Assembly: GCA_964432405.1 (NCBI GenBank)
Contig: CAYSNH010000001.1
Span: 120,001-152,000, forward strand
Length of the DNA stretch: 32,000 nt
Reading direction: 5' to 3'
From: an uncultured Candidatus Saccharibacteria bacterium
GTDB taxonomy: Bacteria; Patescibacteriota; Minisyncoccia; UBA6257; UBA11618
Below the pieces are notes generated by a model that was given only the letters and a program-made list of their open reading frames with translations, was not told the DNA's origin and did not search any database. The first letter of the stretch is position 1, and the number at the start of each line of letters is the position of its first letter. The position numbers and the translations under genes are program-made. This document shows, piece after piece, positions 30,768 through 32,000 of the stretch.

Positions 30768-32000
30768 TTATCCCTTATCAATAATATCTCTGATCATGAT
30801 TATTTTTTGGTTCAACATTTGATTTTTTAAAATCTCTTTTTTGATTTTATCATAGGCATAAATAGCTGTAGTATGATCTCTTTTACCCAATTTATTAGCA
30901 ATGTAAGGATAAGATAATCCTAAGATATCCCTCAAAAGATATATAGATACTTGTCGCGGTTCAACAATCTCCTTTTTTCTAGATCGGCTAATTATATCAT
31001 TGATAGAAATCTCAAAAAAGTTAGATACGACTTTCATTATTTGATCAGGATTGGTTGTTTTAGCTGGTTTTTGAACTATATTATCAATTATTTGATCAAG
31101 TGTTTTAGCGCTAACCTCCTCTTTTTTAACCTCTTTATAAAATAAAACCTTATTTAAAATACCTTCCAACTCCCTTAAATTCTTCTGAGTCTTACCAGCT
31201 ATAGCATTAACAACCTCGTCGCTTAACTCCACCCCTTTTTCTTCTAATTTATTACGTAAAACAGCTACCTTAAGCTCGAAATCAGGTGATGATATATCAA
31301 CTGTCATCCCACCTTCGAAGCGAGAGCTTAGTCTTTCCTCAAGAACAGGTATGAATTTAGGTGATCTATCAGAAGATAATATAATCTGTTTATTTTGTTC
31401 AAATAAGGCATTAAATGTGTGAAAGAACTCCTCCTCAGTCTTCTCTTTACCACCAATGAATTGAATATCATCAATAATTAAAACATCTATATTTCTATAT
31501 TTAGCCTTTATAGTATCCATTCTCTTATTTCTCATCGCCCAAATAACATCATTGGTGAATTTTTCAGAGGAAACATATTTAACTTTAATATTTCCCTTAG
31601 ACTTCTTTTTTATCTCGTTACCAGCCGCTTGAATCAGGTGGGTTTTACCAACTCCCACTCCCCCATAAATAAAAAGAGGGTTGTATTTATTACCCACTGA
31701 ATTAAGAACGGCTGTTATTGCTGCATAAGCTAGCTCATTAGTTGATCCAACAGCATAAGACTGAAGAGTGTACTGAGGATTGAGGCTGGTTTCAGGGTCT
31801 ATCTTGAATTCAGTAAAGCTTAACTGAGTTTCGTTTTCAGAAGGGGTTTTTTCTACAAGATCACTTGGTATTAAAGGTTTCTTTTGAGAGTAGATAATAA
31901 ACTCGATCTTCTTAACAGTCTCATCTAGCGATCGTAAAGAACCTAAAATAACTTTATCGTACTTTTTTTCTACCCATTCCTTAGCAAAGTTATTAGGTAG
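30768..32000 (-). CDS. dnaA: chromosomal replication initiator DnaA (N-terminus runs off the right window edge)
   Basis: The track ORF 30768-31697 starts at an internal GTG. The frame stays open to position 32000 (LPNNFAKEWVEKKYDKVILGSL...YTLQSYAVGSTNELAYAAITAVLNSVGNKYNPLFIYGGVGVGKTHL...). It has Walker A and B motifs (LIIDDIQF) and the domain IV motif DHTTAIYAYDKI. Confidence 0.93.
   Translation of the reverse strand, partial: LPNNFAKEWVEKKYDKVILGSLRSLDETVKKIEFIIYSQKKPLIPSDLVEKTPSENETQLSFTEFKIDPETSLNPQYTLQSYAVGSTNELAYAAITAVLNSVGNKYNPLFIYGGVGVGKTHLIQAAGNEIKKKSKGNIKVKYVSSEKFTNDVIWAMRNKRMDTIKAKYRNIDVLIIDDIQFIGGKEKTEEEFFHTFNALFEQNKQIILSSDRSPKFIPVLEERLSSRFEGGMTVDISSPDFELKVAVLRNKLEEKGVELSDEVVNAIAGKTQKNLRELEGILNKVLFYKEVKKEEVSAKTLDQIIDNIVQKPAKTTNPDQIMKVVSNFFEISINDIISRSRKKEIVEPRQVSIYLLRDILGLSYPYIANKLGKRDHTTAIYAYDKIKKEILKNQMLNQKIIMIRDIIDKG

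Overview
AT-rich, very gene-dense 32-kb window, mostly minus-strand housekeeping genes, ending at the chromosomal replication origin (dnaA - oriC - dnaN at about 29.4-32.0 kb). Left to right: ileS (partial), a G+C-rich two-gene block, tmRNA (ssrA) overlapping smpB, infC-rpmI-rplT, a Nudix hydrolase, a short PolX, envelope and membrane genes, a BCAM0308/NMD3-like zinc-ribbon protein, an amino-acid permease, a SLOG/TIGR00725-like protein, a beta-CASP MBL RNase, a MurE-like ligase, ruvA, uvrB, rpsT, holA, mutM, an orphan cytoplasmic histidine kinase, polA split into two genes, tsaE, ruvB, a PilB/GspE ATPase, yebC, ruvC, a class A PBP, dnaN and dnaA (partial). Many proteins are shortened versions of their families (UvrB, YebC, PolX, HolA, MurE, PolA). 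Together with the low G+C this suggests a reduced-genome, Patescibacteria/CPR-like bacterium; that is inference only. The items I would look at again are: (1) a compositionally foreign pair at 1197-3131 next to the tmRNA 3' end, a Cas4-like PD-(D/E)XK nuclease transcribed divergently from a DUF262/DndB-like ParB-fold protein, which is a candidate two-component defence module; (2) an unassigned ~170-nt structured RNA gene at 23.5-23.7 kb with a consensus promoter, a 25-bp closing helix and a U-tract; (3) a G+C-rich 71-aa lipoprotein gene with its own promoter and terminator; (4) a 52-aa hyper-acidic microprotein absent from the ORF track; (5) an oriC between dnaA and dnaN with box - GC cluster - (TAG)n DnaA-trio - AT-rich architecture; (6) recurrent promoters placed 6-7 nt upstream of start codons, implying leaderless mRNAs, including an ATT-initiated infC; (7) a 41-nt overlap of the tmRNA 5' end with the smpB coding sequence. 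No CRISPR array, transposase, integrase, rRNA or tRNA gene was found by eye.
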